A DNA stretch of 64,000 nucleotides, from positions 56,272 to 120,271 of the forward strand of contig JAQBVF010000007.1 in the NCBI GenBank assembly GCA_027623675.1. The letters are read 5' to 3'. The DNA is from Chloroflexota bacterium. GTDB lineage: Bacteria > Chloroflexota > Dehalococcoidia > Lucifugimonadales > UBA3495. Of the stretch, positions 48,906-59,561 are shown piece after piece. Every line of letters begins with the position of its first letter. Position 1 is the stretch's first letter. The position numbers and the translations under genes are program-made. The notes under the pieces were generated by a model. It did not search any database and was not told the DNA's origin. It saw only the letters and a program-made list of their open reading frames with translations.

Positions 48906-50099
48906 CTATTCGTCCACATCTAGGCCTGCGGTTTGGAAATCGGCCTGGTCCAACCCGGCGAATCGTGAAGGCAGGAATGGTTCCATGGCGGTTGGGACCG
49001 TCTTGCAGCCACCCCGGATGTATTCGGTAACGACCTTGCCGGTGATGGGGCCAAGATGGATGCCCTTGGTGGTATGGCCGGTGGCCAGGACGACGCCCTG
49101 CTTGCCAGGCACCGGGCCGATGATCGGCACCCGGTCGGGACTGAGGGGCCGGGAGCCTGCCAATTGCTCCACCAAAGACGCGTTCTCCAGGTCTGGGAAC
49201 ACGTCTATGGCGCGCTGCATGATCTCCACTCGGGCCATCTCGGTGGGGACGCGGTCCATGTCCTCGCCCTGGTACAGTTGGTCATTGTCGTAGTCCCGGC
49301 CGCCGGTGCTGCCGACGCTGAGGAAGCCGTCCAGACGGCTGATCATGTGGCCCCGTTTGGGAGAACTGATCAGCACTTGCAGCGGGTCGCCATCGTACTT
49401 GAGCAGCAGGCGTTCGCCCTTCAGCGCGCCCACGGGGACAGGGAAACCCAGGTCGCGCTGGAACGGCGGGCTCCACAACCCGGCGGCTATCACCACCGTG
49501 CCGCAGGATAGGTCGCCGCTCTCGGTGCGCACGCCGGTGATCCGGTCGCCCTCGGAAAGCAGGCCGGTAACCTTGCGGAAGATGGTTTCGCCGCCCAGCT
49601 TCTCGGCCCCGGTGGCCAGGCTCAGGTTCAGGCGGTAGCTGTCCAACTGAGCGGACTCGTCTTCGTAGACCGCCCCGATGAGCGATGGCGTTAGCCTTGG
49701 CTCTATCTCGTGCACCTCGTCGGCGCTGATCCAGCGCATGGCCACATGCTCTTTCTGCCAGGTCATCAGTTCCTTTATCAGGTCTTCCTCGCTCTGTTCC
49801 AGGGCCAGACGCAGCGAGGGACGCCGCTGGTACAGCAGGTCCATACCCGTCGCCGATTCCAGTTCTTGGACCAGCGAGGGGAACTCCCGGTAACTGTCCA
49901 GGCCGAATTGAAAGGACGGCCCTGGGGTGAATTCCGTGCCCAGCAGGCTGATGAACCCGGTGGCGTGAGTGGATGAACCGCTGCCGATGGACTCGCGCTC
50001 CAGCAGGCCGACCTTGATGCCTTCCTTGGCTAGGTAGTAGGCCACCGAGCAGCCGACAACGCCAGCGCCGACCACCACTACGTCATAGTTCTCTGCCAT
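48906..50099 (-). CDS. FAD-dependent oxidoreductase (glycine oxidase/DAO family)
   Basis: VVGAGVVG, AAGLWS, GSRP, ATGH. Confidence 0.92.
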   Translation of the reverse strand: MAENYDVVVVGAGVVGCSVAYYLAKEGIKVGLLERESIGSGSSTHATGFISLLGTEFTPGPSFQFGLDSYREFPSLVQELESATGMDLLYQRRPSLRLALEQSEEDLIKELMTWQKEHVAMRWISADEVHEIEPRLTPSLIGAVYEDESAQLDSYRLNLSLATGAEKLGGETIFRKVTGLLSEGDRITGVRTESGDLSCGTVVIAAGLWSPPFQRDLGFPVPVGALKGERLLLKYDGDPLQVLISSPKRGHMISRLDGFLSVGSTGGRDYDNDQLYQGEDMDRVPTEMARVEIMQRAIDVFPDLENASLVEQLAGSRPLSPDRVPIIGPVPGKQGVVLATGHTTKGIHLGPITGKVVTEYIRGGCKTVPTAMEPFLPSRFAGLDQADFQTAGLDVDE

Positions 50100-50190
50100 C
50101 TGAGGTGTAGCTCCAAAAGGGGGATTTCAGCGATTATGCGAGGGCCCATTGTAGCTGTCAACCATGCCTGCGCGGTGGGTTGAGAGGGAG

Positions 50191-51078
50191 CTACAGGCGG
50201 GGAGTATACGGTTCGGTGCCGGTTAGCCGGGCGCTTAGGTCCCACAGGGCGGCGGCTTGGGTTTCGTCGTAGCTGCGTTTGGACGAAGCAGCCTGCCGCT
50301 TCTTAACCAGGTACTTGCCTGAAACGCCTTCCATCTCCGGCGAAGATGCCACGTAGACCTGGGTCGCCGCGCCGTCATTGACATCGATGCCCTTGAAGCC
50401 AAGCAGGAAGTTGAGCACGCGGCCAAGGACCCCATTGTTCGCCAGGAAATTGGTGGCCACCAGGCCGGGATGGAGGGTGTTGGCGGTTACGCCGGTGCCC
50501 TCCAAGCGGCGGGCCAACTCGTAGGTGAAGAGAACGTTGCACAGCTTGGAATGTGAGTAGGCGCGGAATCCCCCATACCGTTTGGGAGAATGGATATCGC
50601 TCAGGTCGATCTTGGCCTTCATATGGGCCGAGGAAGCCACGTTGACCACCCTGGCCGGGGACGAAGCCTTCAACACGTCCAGCAGTAGGTCCGTCAGCAG
50701 GAAGGATGAGAGATGGTTCACGGCAAAGGTCATCTCGATGCCATCGACGGTGGTCTGCCGGGAGAGATTGATCGCGCCGGCGTTGTTGATCAGAACGTCC
50801 AGCCGACCGTAGCTATCCTGGAATTCGCTGGCCAGGCGGCGCACCTCGTCCTGGGAAGACAGGTCGGCAACCAGATAGCCGATCTTGGAATTGCGGCTTT
50901 CTTCCTGAACATACACGGTGGTGGCGACGCACTTGGCCCGGTCGCGCCCGGTCAAGACGACGTTGGCGCCCATCCGGGCCAGTTCCAATGCCGTCACCCG
51001 CCCGATTCCGGCGGTGGCGCCGGTAACCAAGCAAGTCTTGCCTGCCATCAGACCGGACTTAACGGATTCTTCCATCAA
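50191..51078 (-). CDS. SDR family oxidoreductase (retinol-dehydrogenase-like)
   Basis: TGATAGIG, NNAG, YSHSK, LHPG. Confidence 0.92.
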   Translation of the reverse strand: MMEESVKSGLMAGKTCLVTGATAGIGRVTALELARMGANVVLTGRDRAKCVATTVYVQEESRNSKIGYLVADLSSQDEVRRLASEFQDSYGRLDVLINNAGAINLSRQTTVDGIEMTFAVNHLSSFLLTDLLLDVLKASSPARVVNVASSAHMKAKIDLSDIHSPKRYGGFRAYSHSKLCNVLFTYELARRLEGTGVTANTLHPGLVATNFLANNGVLGRVLNFLLGFKGIDVNDGAATQVYVASSPEMEGVSGKYLVKKRQAASSKRSYDETQAAALWDLSARLTGTEPYTPRL

Positions 51079-51259
51079 TGTTCAACCTTTCCAGTTGCTT
51101 TCCGGAACGTCCCGGCTTGAGAATCGTATCCTACTATCGATCCGGTTATTTAGTGTGCGGCAAATTGATTCCGGCACTATCAGGGAGTAACCTGTCATTC
51201 GGTATTGTGGCCGTCAGCCCAAGCCTTCGGCGGAATTCCGGGTTTGAAAGGGTTCTCAG

Positions 51260-52507
51260 ATGCGTTTCGACTTACAACCGGTAACCGGGCCAGGCAGGCA
51301 GATGGTGGAGTTGGCTGAGAAGCATGCCGCCGACTTCGCCACCAGGGCCGCCGAGCACGACCGCGACGGTACATTCGCCACCGAGAACATCACGGCCATG
51401 AAACAGAGCGGGTTCGCGGCCGCGGCGGTGCCCAAGGAATTCGGCGGCATGGGAGTCACCTCGATCCATGACTGCATCGTGGCCATCAACCGGTTGGGCC
51501 GGGCCGAAGGGGCCACTCCGCTGGCTTTCACCATGCACCTGTTCCGCACGCTGAGTACGGTGCGAGCATTGCGCAACGCCATCGCCTCCGGGAACCGGAT
51601 GCGCCAGCAGCGGTCTGAAGACATGCTGAAGAAGATCGGGGCTGGAGGTCTGTTCATCACGGTGGCCAACTCGGAGCGCGGCGCCAACATCCGTACCTCC
51701 AAGACTCTGGCCACCAAGGTTGACGGCGGCTGGCTCTTCAACGGCGTGAAGACTTTTGCCACCGGTTCGCCTTCCGCCGACCTGCTGGCCGTGCGCGCCC
51801 GCTACCGGAACGAGGCCGGGGAGGAGCGCATGGGGGCCGCCATTGTTCCAGTGGACCGACCGGGAGTCCAGATCATGGACAACTGGGACGGACTTGGCAT
51901 GCGGGGCTCTGGCAGCCACGATGTTGTCTTCACCGATTATCCGGTCAAAGACGATGAGTTCGACGATATCGGCGAGTATGGGAAGTTCAACGCCCCGTTC
52001 CTGGCGGTGGCCTCCGGGTCGTCGCTGGGGCTGTCCTCCATCTTCCTGGGCATCGCCGAGACCGCCCACGATATAGCGGTGACCGCAATGAAGAACCGCG
52101 AAGAAGCAGCCTCGTATCCCATGAACCAAGCCACCGCCGCCGAGAGCGAAACCGGCCTGGCTGCCATGCGGGGCATCCTGGGCCGCGCCGCCCTTTCGTA
52201 CGACGACTTCTTCAACACCGCGGCGGGCGTCCATGACCCCAACCCGCTTCCGGTTCTCTCTGATATGGAAGCCTATGAGCTGATCAAGAACGCCGCCATG
52301 GCCAAGAAGTTTGTGATGGACACGGCCTGCGTCGTGGTCGATCAGGCGCTCACACTCTACGGAGGCGGCGGCTTTGTCGCCAACAGCACATTGGCCCGGC
52401 TCTACCGGGATGTTCGGGCGGGCCCGTTCATGCAGCCCTGGGCGCGCAATCAGGCCATCGAACTCATCGGTAAGGTATCTTTGGGAGTCGACCCCAACGA
52501 CGAGTAA
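51260..52507 (+). CDS. Acyl-CoA dehydrogenase family protein (possibly a flavin monooxygenase)
   Basis: NGVKTFATG, WDGLGMRGSGS, RLYRDVR. Confidence 0.9.
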   Translation: MRFDLQPVTGPGRQMVELAEKHAADFATRAAEHDRDGTFATENITAMKQSGFAAAAVPKEFGGMGVTSIHDCIVAINRLGRAEGATPLAFTMHLFRTLSTVRALRNAIASGNRMRQQRSEDMLKKIGAGGLFITVANSERGANIRTSKTLATKVDGGWLFNGVKTFATGSPSADLLAVRARYRNEAGEERMGAAIVPVDRPGVQIMDNWDGLGMRGSGSHDVVFTDYPVKDDEFDDIGEYGKFNAPFLAVASGSSLGLSSIFLGIAETAHDIAVTAMKNREEAASYPMNQATAAESETGLAAMRGILGRAALSYDDFFNTAAGVHDPNPLPVLSDMEAYELIKNAAMAKKFVMDTACVVVDQALTLYGGGGFVANSTLARLYRDVRAGPFMQPWARNQAIELIGKVSLGVDPNDE

Positions 52508-52559
52508 ACTAGCCATTTACTAAAGACAAAATTGCCGCGGCAAATTTCCCGGAGGAGCA

Positions 52560-53516
52560 ATGGCCGGACCGAAGATCACATTTGGCGTTAACCTCTCGGT
52601 GGACGATTACTGGGACGTGCCCGAATTCGCCCGCCGGGCCGAGGGCTTGGGCTACGGCCGGGTGACCATGGGCGAGCACATCATGGACGGCAACCCGCCC
52701 CGCCCCACCCTGCTCAACCTGCCGGCGATGGCCGCCGCCGCTGGAGCCACCCGGAACCTGCGGGTTATGACCGGCATCGTCATCGCCCCCCTGTACCACC
52801 CGGTAACCCTGGCCAAGATGGTGGCCAGCGTCGACCAGGTCTCCGGAGGCCGGCTGGACTTCGGCATCGGCATCAGCGGACAGCGTGGCACCAAGATCGA
52901 GTTCGACGCGGTGGGCGTGGATGTCCACACCCGGGGCAAGCGCACCGACGAGATGCTGCGGGTGATGCAGCGGCTCTGGACCGAGGAGCATGTCGATCAC
53001 CACGGCAGGTTCTTCGATTTTGAAGACGTTACCCTGCTGCCCCAACCGGCGCAGAAGCCCTATCCGCCCATCTGGGTGTCGGGGCGCAGCGACGCGGCCA
53101 TGCGGCGGGCGGCGCTGTTGGGTGACGGCTGGTATCCCTACCTGTTCACCGTGCGCCGCATTAAGGCCAGCAACGAGATGGTGCGCCAGATCGCCGCGGA
53201 AGCCGGCCGCGACCTGACCGGATTCAGATGGGGCTTGAACCAGCCCACCGCAATCTCCGCCGACGCCTCGGAGGCCAAGGCGCTGGCGGTCTCCAACGTG
53301 GGCGAACGCTACGTAACCGCCGAACGGAGCGCCGAGGACCTGGCCCAAGCGCTGTGCATCGCCGGCAACGCCGAAGACTGCATCAAAGCCGTGGAGGACC
53401 GCATCGCCGCCGGGGTTGAGCACATCAACCTGGGCTTCCTTGCCTCGCAGCCCGACTCCTTCTTTCATCAGATGGAGATGTTCGCCGCGCATGTGATGCC
53501 CCGATTTCAGAGTTAG
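52560..53516 (+). CDS. LLM-class flavin-dependent oxidoreductase
   Basis: GEH, HPVTLAK, SGGRLDFGIG, PQPAQKPYPPIW, GDGW. Confidence 0.92.
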   Translation: MAGPKITFGVNLSVDDYWDVPEFARRAEGLGYGRVTMGEHIMDGNPPRPTLLNLPAMAAAAGATRNLRVMTGIVIAPLYHPVTLAKMVASVDQVSGGRLDFGIGISGQRGTKIEFDAVGVDVHTRGKRTDEMLRVMQRLWTEEHVDHHGRFFDFEDVTLLPQPAQKPYPPIWVSGRSDAAMRRAALLGDGWYPYLFTVRRIKASNEMVRQIAAEAGRDLTGFRWGLNQPTAISADASEAKALAVSNVGERYVTAERSAEDLAQALCIAGNAEDCIKAVEDRIAAGVEHINLGFLASQPDSFFHQMEMFAAHVMPRFQS

Positions 53517-53580
53517 CCCAGGCTTCCAAAGGCACGAGACCGGAGACACAAAACTAGAAACGCTAGATAGGAGCGGGAAC

Positions 53581-55350
53581 ATGCCGGAATCAGCTTCACT
53601 CAAGATGCAGAGCAACATCGGCATCACCATGAGAGACGGCATCACCCTCTACGCCGACATCTACCGGCCGGACGGCGATGGACCGTACCCGACCATCCTG
53701 CAGCGGACTCCCTACGACAAGACGACCGCCCTGTCCAATTCCATGCTGGACCCCATCAGGGCGGCCAAGGCTGGGTTCGCGGTGGTGATTCAAGACACCC
53801 GCGGGCGGCATGCGTCGGAGGGCGAGTTCTACGCCTTTCGGGATGACATCGAAGACGGCTACGACACGGTGGAGTGGGCCGCTGCTCAACCCTGGTCCAA
53901 CGGCAAGGTGGGCATGTATGGGGCATCCTACGTGGGCGCCACCCAATGGCTGGCCGCCACCTCCCGCCCGCCACACCTAACGGCCATCGCGCCCACCGTC
54001 ACGGCATCCAATTACCACGACGGCTGGACCTACCAGGGCGGCGCATTCGAGTTGGGTTTCAATATGTCCTGGACGCTGCTCCAGTTAACCTTAGCCAATT
54101 TCAAGAACGTCTCCAGCGTGAAGAACGTGCCCAGGGAGCGGCGCGGCGACCTGATCAAAGCGGTGGACGGAATGACCGAAGGCTTCGGCTTCCTACCCAC
54201 CAAGGACTATCCCGGACTGGACTCGGGCCTGGCCGATTACTATTACGACTGGCTGGCCCACCCCGACTACGACGACTATTGGAAGAAGCTCTGCATCGAG
54301 GAGCACCACTCCAATATCGATGTGCCGGCGCTCCACGTTGGCGGGTGGTACGACATATTCCTGGGCGGCACGATTCGGAACTATCTGGGGATGAAGGAGT
54401 CCGGGGCCACCGACACGGCCCGCGGCGGTCAGAAGTTGATCATCGGGCCATGGGCGCACGGGGCGCGCGGCTCCACCATGTCAGGCCGCCACTATTTCGG
54501 CGTGATGGCCGACCCCATGGCCATCGACCTGGACGGCATCCACCTGCGCTGGTTCGACCATTGGCTGAATGGGCCCGGACCGGACAACCCTGACACCAAT
54601 GCAAACCGCATCACGGACGAAGCTCCGGTGAAGATATTCGTGATGGGCGACGATGTTTGGCGGGACGAACAGGAATGGCCGCTGGCCAGGGCCGTGGAGA
54701 CCAGGTACTACATCCACAGCCGCGGCACAGCCAACTCCAAGCACGGCAATGGCAGCCTATCCACCCAGGCGCCGGACCAAGAGGCGCCCGACGTGTTCCT
54801 CTACAATCCCGCCGACCCGGCCCCGACCACCGGCGGCGCATTATGCTGCAACCCCTACTTCGCGGCCAACGGCGCTTACGACCAGAACGAAGTTGAGGAA
54901 CGGCCGGATGTCTTGGTATATTCCACTCCGCCCCTGGCCTGCGACCTGGAGGTGACCGGCCCGGTTAAGGTGACCCTATGGGCTTCGACCTCGGCCACTG
55001 ACACCGACTTCACCGCCAAGTTGGTGGATGTTTGCGAGAATGGATGCGCCCGTAACCTGACCGACGGCATCATCCGGGCCCGCTACCGCGATTCCATGTC
55101 CAGCCCAACCCTGCTGGAGCCGGGCCGGGCCTATCGCTATGAGATAGACCTTTGGGCCACCAGCAACGTATTCAAAGCAGGACACCGGATACGGCTCGAG
55201 ATATCCAGCAGCAATTTCCCCCGGTTCGACCGCAACACCAACACGGGGAATATCATATCCGCGGACACCGAACTCAAACCGGCGCTGCAGACGGTTTTCC
55301 ACGATGCGCAACGGGCGTCATGCGTCAGCCTCTGCATCGTGCCCCGGTAA
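53581..55350 (+). CDS. CocE/NonD family hydrolase
   Basis: MRDGITLYADIYRP, RTPY, GASY, GGWYD, IGPWAH. Confidence 0.94.
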   Translation: MPESASLKMQSNIGITMRDGITLYADIYRPDGDGPYPTILQRTPYDKTTALSNSMLDPIRAAKAGFAVVIQDTRGRHASEGEFYAFRDDIEDGYDTVEWAAAQPWSNGKVGMYGASYVGATQWLAATSRPPHLTAIAPTVTASNYHDGWTYQGGAFELGFNMSWTLLQLTLANFKNVSSVKNVPRERRGDLIKAVDGMTEGFGFLPTKDYPGLDSGLADYYYDWLAHPDYDDYWKKLCIEEHHSNIDVPALHVGGWYDIFLGGTIRNYLGMKESGATDTARGGQKLIIGPWAHGARGSTMSGRHYFGVMADPMAIDLDGIHLRWFDHWLNGPGPDNPDTNANRITDEAPVKIFVMGDDVWRDEQEWPLARAVETRYYIHSRGTANSKHGNGSLSTQAPDQEAPDVFLYNPADPAPTTGGALCCNPYFAANGAYDQNEVEERPDVLVYSTPPLACDLEVTGPVKVTLWASTSATDTDFTAKLVDVCENGCARNLTDGIIRARYRDSMSSPTLLEPGRAYRYEIDLWATSNVFKAGHRIRLEISSSNFPRFDRNTNTGNIISADTELKPALQTVFHDAQRASCVSLCIVPR

Positions 55351-55372
55351 TTCAGGCCCAGGCAGAAGGGAC

Positions 55373-55897
55373 ATGCCGGAAGAAACGTCAAAACAGTGGG
55401 AAGCCGCCGAGCGGGTGTCCGGCGACCCGTTTCGCGAATGGTATTCCAAAGAGATCTGGGGACAGCGGGCCACGGATGACGACGCCCTGTTCGAAGTGAT
55501 GAGCCTACAGGTGTTTCAGGCGGGTCTAACTTGGCGCATGGTGCTTTCCCGGCGGGACAGCTTCCGTGCCGCGTTCGCTGACTGGAAGATCGACGCGGTG
55601 GCCGCCATGGGACCGCCAGACATCGAGCGGCTGCGGGAGGATCCCGGAATCATCCGCAACCGGCAGAAGATCCAGGCCGTCATCACCAACGCGGGTATCG
55701 TTCAGGGCTTGCGGAGTGAGCACGGCGGGTTCTGCGATTGGTTCTACGAGACGCTGCCGGGAACTGATTATCCCTCACTGCTGAAAGAGCTGCGGGCCAC
55801 TTTCAAGTTCATGGGACCGGAGATATCCCGCATGTGGCTGATGGCCTCGGGCCGCATCACCCGCGAGGAAGGCGACAAGTACGACCCGGCCGGCTAG
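55373..55897 (+). CDS. tag: DNA-3-methyladenine glycosylase I family protein
   Basis: LFE..LQVFQAGLTW, IIRNRQKIQA, FKFMGP. Confidence 0.85.
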   Translation: MPEETSKQWEAAERVSGDPFREWYSKEIWGQRATDDDALFEVMSLQVFQAGLTWRMVLSRRDSFRAAFADWKIDAVAAMGPPDIERLREDPGIIRNRQKIQAVITNAGIVQGLRSEHGGFCDWFYETLPGTDYPSLLKELRATFKFMGPEISRMWLMASGRITREEGDKYDPAG

Positions 55898-56133
55898 CCG
55901 GCCGGGTCACCGGTTTTCCTAGCTGACGCCGGTGAACGGTTTACCAGCGAACCGAGTAGCTGCCGGGACACCATCGCGATGTCATCCACGGCTTTCTCGA
56001 AGGCGGCGGTATTCGCCTGAGATGGGTGGCGGTAGCCGCTGATCTTTCTTACGAATTGCAGCGCGGCCTCGTGCACCTCGCTATCCGACGCTTCCATCTC
56101 GCTCTTCCGCAGTGTCTTGATGCTTCGGCACAT
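55894..56133 (-). CDS. DUF2277 family protein
   Basis: MCRSIKTL..AALQFVRKISG. Confidence 0.85.
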   Translation of the reverse strand: MCRSIKTLRKSEMEASDSEVHEAALQFVRKISGYRHPSQANTAAFEKAVDDIAMVSRQLLGSLVNRSPASARKTGDPAG

Positions 56134-56225
56134 GCATATCCTCCGCCCGGTGTCCCCGGTCCGTGTCCCTCGCTAGATAGCCCCCATGAATCTACTTGGC
56201 GGGGATGAACTTCCCCGCAGCCCAA

Positions 56226-56597
56226 TCACTTGGCGGGAACGAACTTCATCGAGATGGAGTTGATGCAGTGGCGGGCGTTGGTTGGCGTAAAACCCTCGCC
56301 CATGAAGACGTGCCCCAGGTGGCCGCCGCAGTTGACGCACTCGACCTCGGTCCGCCTGCCGTCGGGGTCAGGCAGATGCCGCACGGCGCCCTCAACCTCT
56401 TTGTCAAAGGCCGGCCAGCCGCAATGGGCGTCGAACTTGTCCACCGACCGGTAGAGTTCGGCATTGCACTTGCGGCAGATATAGATGCCGTTCTCGTAGA
56501 AGTTGTCGTACTCGCCGGTGAAAGGCCGCTCCGTGCCCTTTTGTTCGATCACGTAGCGTTCTTCGGCGTTCAGTTCGTTATAGCTTGGCGTGGTCAT
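56226..56597 (-). CDS. msrB: Peptide-methionine (R)-S-oxide reductase (Cys form)
   Basis: GTERPFTG, CGWPAF, HLGHVF, RHCINS. Confidence 0.95.
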   Translation of the reverse strand: MTTPSYNELNAEERYVIEQKGTERPFTGEYDNFYENGIYICRKCNAELYRSVDKFDAHCGWPAFDKEVEGAVRHLPDPDGRRTEVECVNCGGHLGHVFMGEGFTPTNARHCINSISMKFVPAK

Positions 56598-56670
56598 ATC
56601 AGATCAGTCCTGTCATGGAGCAGATTTGTTGCCGGGAGCGTGGATACAGCAGCCGGATGCGATCATCTTC

Positions 56671-56728
56671 TGGCGGAGGGAGTGGGATTCGAACCCACGG
56701 TGACGTTGCCGCCACAACGGTTTTCAAG
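56671..56728 (-). mobile_element. att site: 3' part of tRNA-Ser(TGA), from the anticodon loop to CCA
   Basis: CTTGAAAACCG-variable arm-GTGGGTTCGAATCCCAC-TCCCTCCGCCA; the upstream sequence does not supply a D-arm or acceptor 5' strand. Confidence 0.85.
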
Positions 56729-56864
56729 TTGTACGCCAGGCTTGATAATGGGTTTTTCCAGTCTATACCAATTGATGATTCGAAGCTAGAACGTCCCATC
56801 CAGTCCGTCCGGTCGAACCTGGCCGCGTGGACTTCGTGGACAATCCGTGGACATTTTGTTGAAG

Positions 56865-57998
56865 CTAATCTGAGACTGGCTGACGGAGCAATCGTTCCAC
56901 GGCTTCAGCAGCAGCCTCTTGCATCCCAGGGAGGACGTGGGAATAAGTATCAGCGGTGATTGCGATGTTGCTATGGCCCAACCGCTCACTAACGATCTTC
57001 AGATGCACACCGGACGTTAGCATTAGCGTCGCGTGGGCATGGCGGAGTCCATGAAGGGTCAGATGAGGTAATCCAGCTTCCAGTACCAACCGGGCGAAAT
57101 CCTGGGTGACACGGTCTGGAACCACTGGCGTACCATCGGGCTGAGTAAACACATACCCACTGTTGGTCCACAGGTCGCCCCAGTCCAGTTGATTCTCGAT
57201 CTGTCGGCCTCTGACACCATGTAAGAGCTCGACCGCATCAGAACCCAAGGAGATTGACCTCTTAGAACGGGCTGTCTTTGGTTCCCCTTCCACGATCCCG
57301 TGCCCCTTGATCCGCTGTAGGGTATTAACCACGCTAAGCCTACTACCAACTAGGTCAACATTCGACCATCGGAGTCCACAGAGTTCGCTACGGCGCAGTC
57401 CGGTCAACACAGCCAAGTGGTATAGGTTACCGAACCGATTGGTTTCAGATATCTCCAAGAACTGATGGATTGTTGCCACGTCCCACATTTTTATCGTTTT
57501 GCGCTGTGGGCGAGGGGGCGTTGTCGCATCGGCTACGTTGCGGGTCAGTATTCCCCACCGAACGGCGTGGGAAAGAGCTTGCTTCAATACCCGATGGAGA
57601 TGGATCACAGTTGTCGCACTAAGCCCCTTATCCAACAGGTCTGCGTAAACCTTTTGAATATGCCTGGAGGTCAAGGATTGAAGCTGGACGCCCCCGATTG
57701 TCGGCACGATATATCGACTTACGTTGGCTCGGTAGCCCTGCTGGGTCCGTAATGTGGTGTTGGTAGCTGCATAAGTGTCCAACCACCGTTCCATGAACTC
57801 GGCAACTGTCTCTTTATCACTGGCCACGTAGCCACCGTTCTCGATAGCGGCCAACCGTTCCCTAAGTACCCGTTCCGCATCTTTCTTGTTGCCCCTGACC
57901 GTTTCACTGACGAACCTGCGCTTGCCGGTCCCGTCCGGTGGGGCGTCGTACCTCAGCTGCCAGGTACCTTTGGACCGTTGCCTTATTGAACCGTTCAT
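56865..57998 (-). CDS. Tyrosine recombinase/integrase
   Basis: TGLRRSEL, HGLRH, LGHS..T..Y. Confidence 0.96.
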   Translation of the reverse strand: MNGSIRQRSKGTWQLRYDAPPDGTGKRRFVSETVRGNKKDAERVLRERLAAIENGGYVASDKETVAEFMERWLDTYAATNTTLRTQQGYRANVSRYIVPTIGGVQLQSLTSRHIQKVYADLLDKGLSATTVIHLHRVLKQALSHAVRWGILTRNVADATTPPRPQRKTIKMWDVATIHQFLEISETNRFGNLYHLAVLTGLRRSELCGLRWSNVDLVGSRLSVVNTLQRIKGHGIVEGEPKTARSKRSISLGSDAVELLHGVRGRQIENQLDWGDLWTNSGYVFTQPDGTPVVPDRVTQDFARLVLEAGLPHLTLHGLRHAHATLMLTSGVHLKIVSERLGHSNIAITADTYSHVLPGMQEAAAEAVERLLRQPVSD

Positions 57999-58004
57999 GG
58001 GTTA

Positions 58005-58766
58005 TTACTCCTTCTCTTCTCCAAAGATTTCTTTTATCAAGCCCCGGTCGTGTAGAGGTATTGAAGTATCTAAAGTCTCAGAAGCTCCGGCCGTCTTGTT
58101 TCTTATTATCTCTAACATCAAATGGTGCAAGGGTGTACCGGGTTGGTAATAGAATGGCACCAATTCCTGGTCGATAGCATTTAGGTAATGGTCGAAGGCA
58201 TCACTGGACTCCCAGATACGGTAAGCAAGAATGTAGTCCAGCGACTCCGTGCTTTCTCCCCGTGCTTCATGGAGCAAGTACCTTCTCGCTATACTTCCGA
58301 CGGCGAAAGGTGGGAGCGTTGGGGCAGCCTTCCTCACCCATAAAAAGCGTACAGCGTCCCGGAGGGTGGGCCACTGCCCCCCACCTGCCCACTTCTGTTC
58401 CGCCCCTAGAGCCTCCAACACCAGGGCTGCATCTTCCCCAGGCCACTCGGTAGGCACCCATCGGCCCGTAGGGTCAAGCGGCCTACTATTCGCCACATAG
58501 CTCTGCACCGTGCGAAGTGTCGGTATAGGTGGGGGGTTTTCCTTGCTCTTAATCTGCCGCTCCATTTCCTGATAAATCTCGGTTGCGTTCCAGCCGGGGT
58601 GGTCCGCTATAAGGTCGTCCAAGACATCCATGATGGGGCCTGGGATATTCCATCTCTTCTTTTGTTTCGTAACCATAGCTTTATCTTTCGTTATTTGGTA
58701 TTTATTGTGCGTATAGTAGCCTTGACGATGCATACCAGCTACGATAATATCAGACCAGTTGGACAC
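58005..58766 (-). CDS. Hypothetical protein, possible HTH regulator co-transcribed with the integrase
   Basis: NATEIYQEM..PTLRTVQSYV HTH-like segment; divergent from the xis-like gene; start uncertain. Confidence 0.55.
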   Translation of the reverse strand: MSNWSDIIVAGMHRQGYYTHNKYQITKDKAMVTKQKKRWNIPGPIMDVLDDLIADHPGWNATEIYQEMERQIKSKENPPPIPTLRTVQSYVANSRPLDPTGRWVPTEWPGEDAALVLEALGAEQKWAGGGQWPTLRDAVRFLWVRKAAPTLPPFAVGSIARRYLLHEARGESTESLDYILAYRIWESSDAFDHYLNAIDQELVPFYYQPGTPLHHLMLEIIRNKTAGASETLDTSIPLHDRGLIKEIFGEEKE

Positions 58767-58792
58767 AAGTCAACGCCCTTGGAGGTTTCAGT

Positions 58793-59038
58793 ATGGTTTC
58801 GCCCGAAGAGACGACGGCCCGGGAATGGCCGGAAGTTTGCAGTATTCCAAAGCTAGTATCACTGATGGACGGAGCCATTTCGGAGGCATCGTTGTATTCC
58901 CGCGCCAATCAGGGCGTTTTGCCGGGGTGTAGGCGAATAGGCCATCGCTTACTCGTTCATGTTCCTACGTTCGTGGCTTGGTTGAAGACCGGCATGGGGG
59001 ATGACAACGGAGGTCTCGCGAATGGTCTCGACCGATAA
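58793..59038 (+). CDS. Excisionase-like HTH protein
   Basis: ISEASLYSRANQGVLPGCRRIGHRLLV..FVAWL. Confidence 0.7.
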   Translation: MVSPEETTAREWPEVCSIPKLVSLMDGAISEASLYSRANQGVLPGCRRIGHRLLVHVPTFVAWLKTGMGDDNGGLANGLDR

Positions 59039-59561
59039 ATCTGCCGAGGAATACGAAGATCACGAATGGATCGTTTGGGAACTCACCACGGCCTACATAC
59101 TCGGCAGCGGTTGTGGACGAGTTCTGAGGAAAGCGGACAATCGAGAACTGCGGCGTACAGCCGTCACCATCGCTGAGGCCGAGACCGGCTTAACTCCGGT
59201 GTTACTGGACCTGTTTGGACTACCCCAACTCGCAAGCCCCTCTTATTGGGTAACCGAAGTATTGCCAGCAATCCGCAAAGAACTCAGGCGCAGGACGTGT
59301 CCGCCGAAAAAATTGGGGCCGAAGAGTCCGATAGCGCAACTCAAAGCTGAGAACCGCGTCGAAGATGTCGCTGGGCAGTCCACAAATCTCCGGCGCTCCG
59401 GCAGCCATCTCAGGGGCAAGTGCCCCCTCCACCGTGAGCAGAAAGGAGAGAGCTTTCACGTCTGGCAAGATGCACAGCGGTGGTGGTGCTTCGGTCGTTG
59501 CAACAGAGGCGGCGATGTCGTAGACCTGATGCAGGCGTTGGGCCGACAGGAGGTCTTATAG
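59001..59561 (+). CDS. Protein with a C-terminal CHC2 (primase-type) zinc finger
   Basis: GKCPLH..SFHV..WWCFGRCNRGGDVVDL. Confidence 0.85.
   Translation: MTTEVSRMVSTDKSAEEYEDHEWIVWELTTAYILGSGCGRVLRKADNRELRRTAVTIAEAETGLTPVLLDLFGLPQLASPSYWVTEVLPAIRKELRRRTCPPKKLGPKSPIAQLKAENRVEDVAGQSTNLRRSGSHLRGKCPLHREQKGESFHVWQDAQRWWCFGRCNRGGDVVDLMQALGRQEVL

Noticed and set aside
56671..56760. Intact tRNA, or tRNA-Sec (selC) that would explain the selenoproteins
   Set aside because: The anticodon loop reads CT-TGA-AA (Ser), not TCA, and the 5' half (D-arm, acceptor strand) is missing; it is an att remnant
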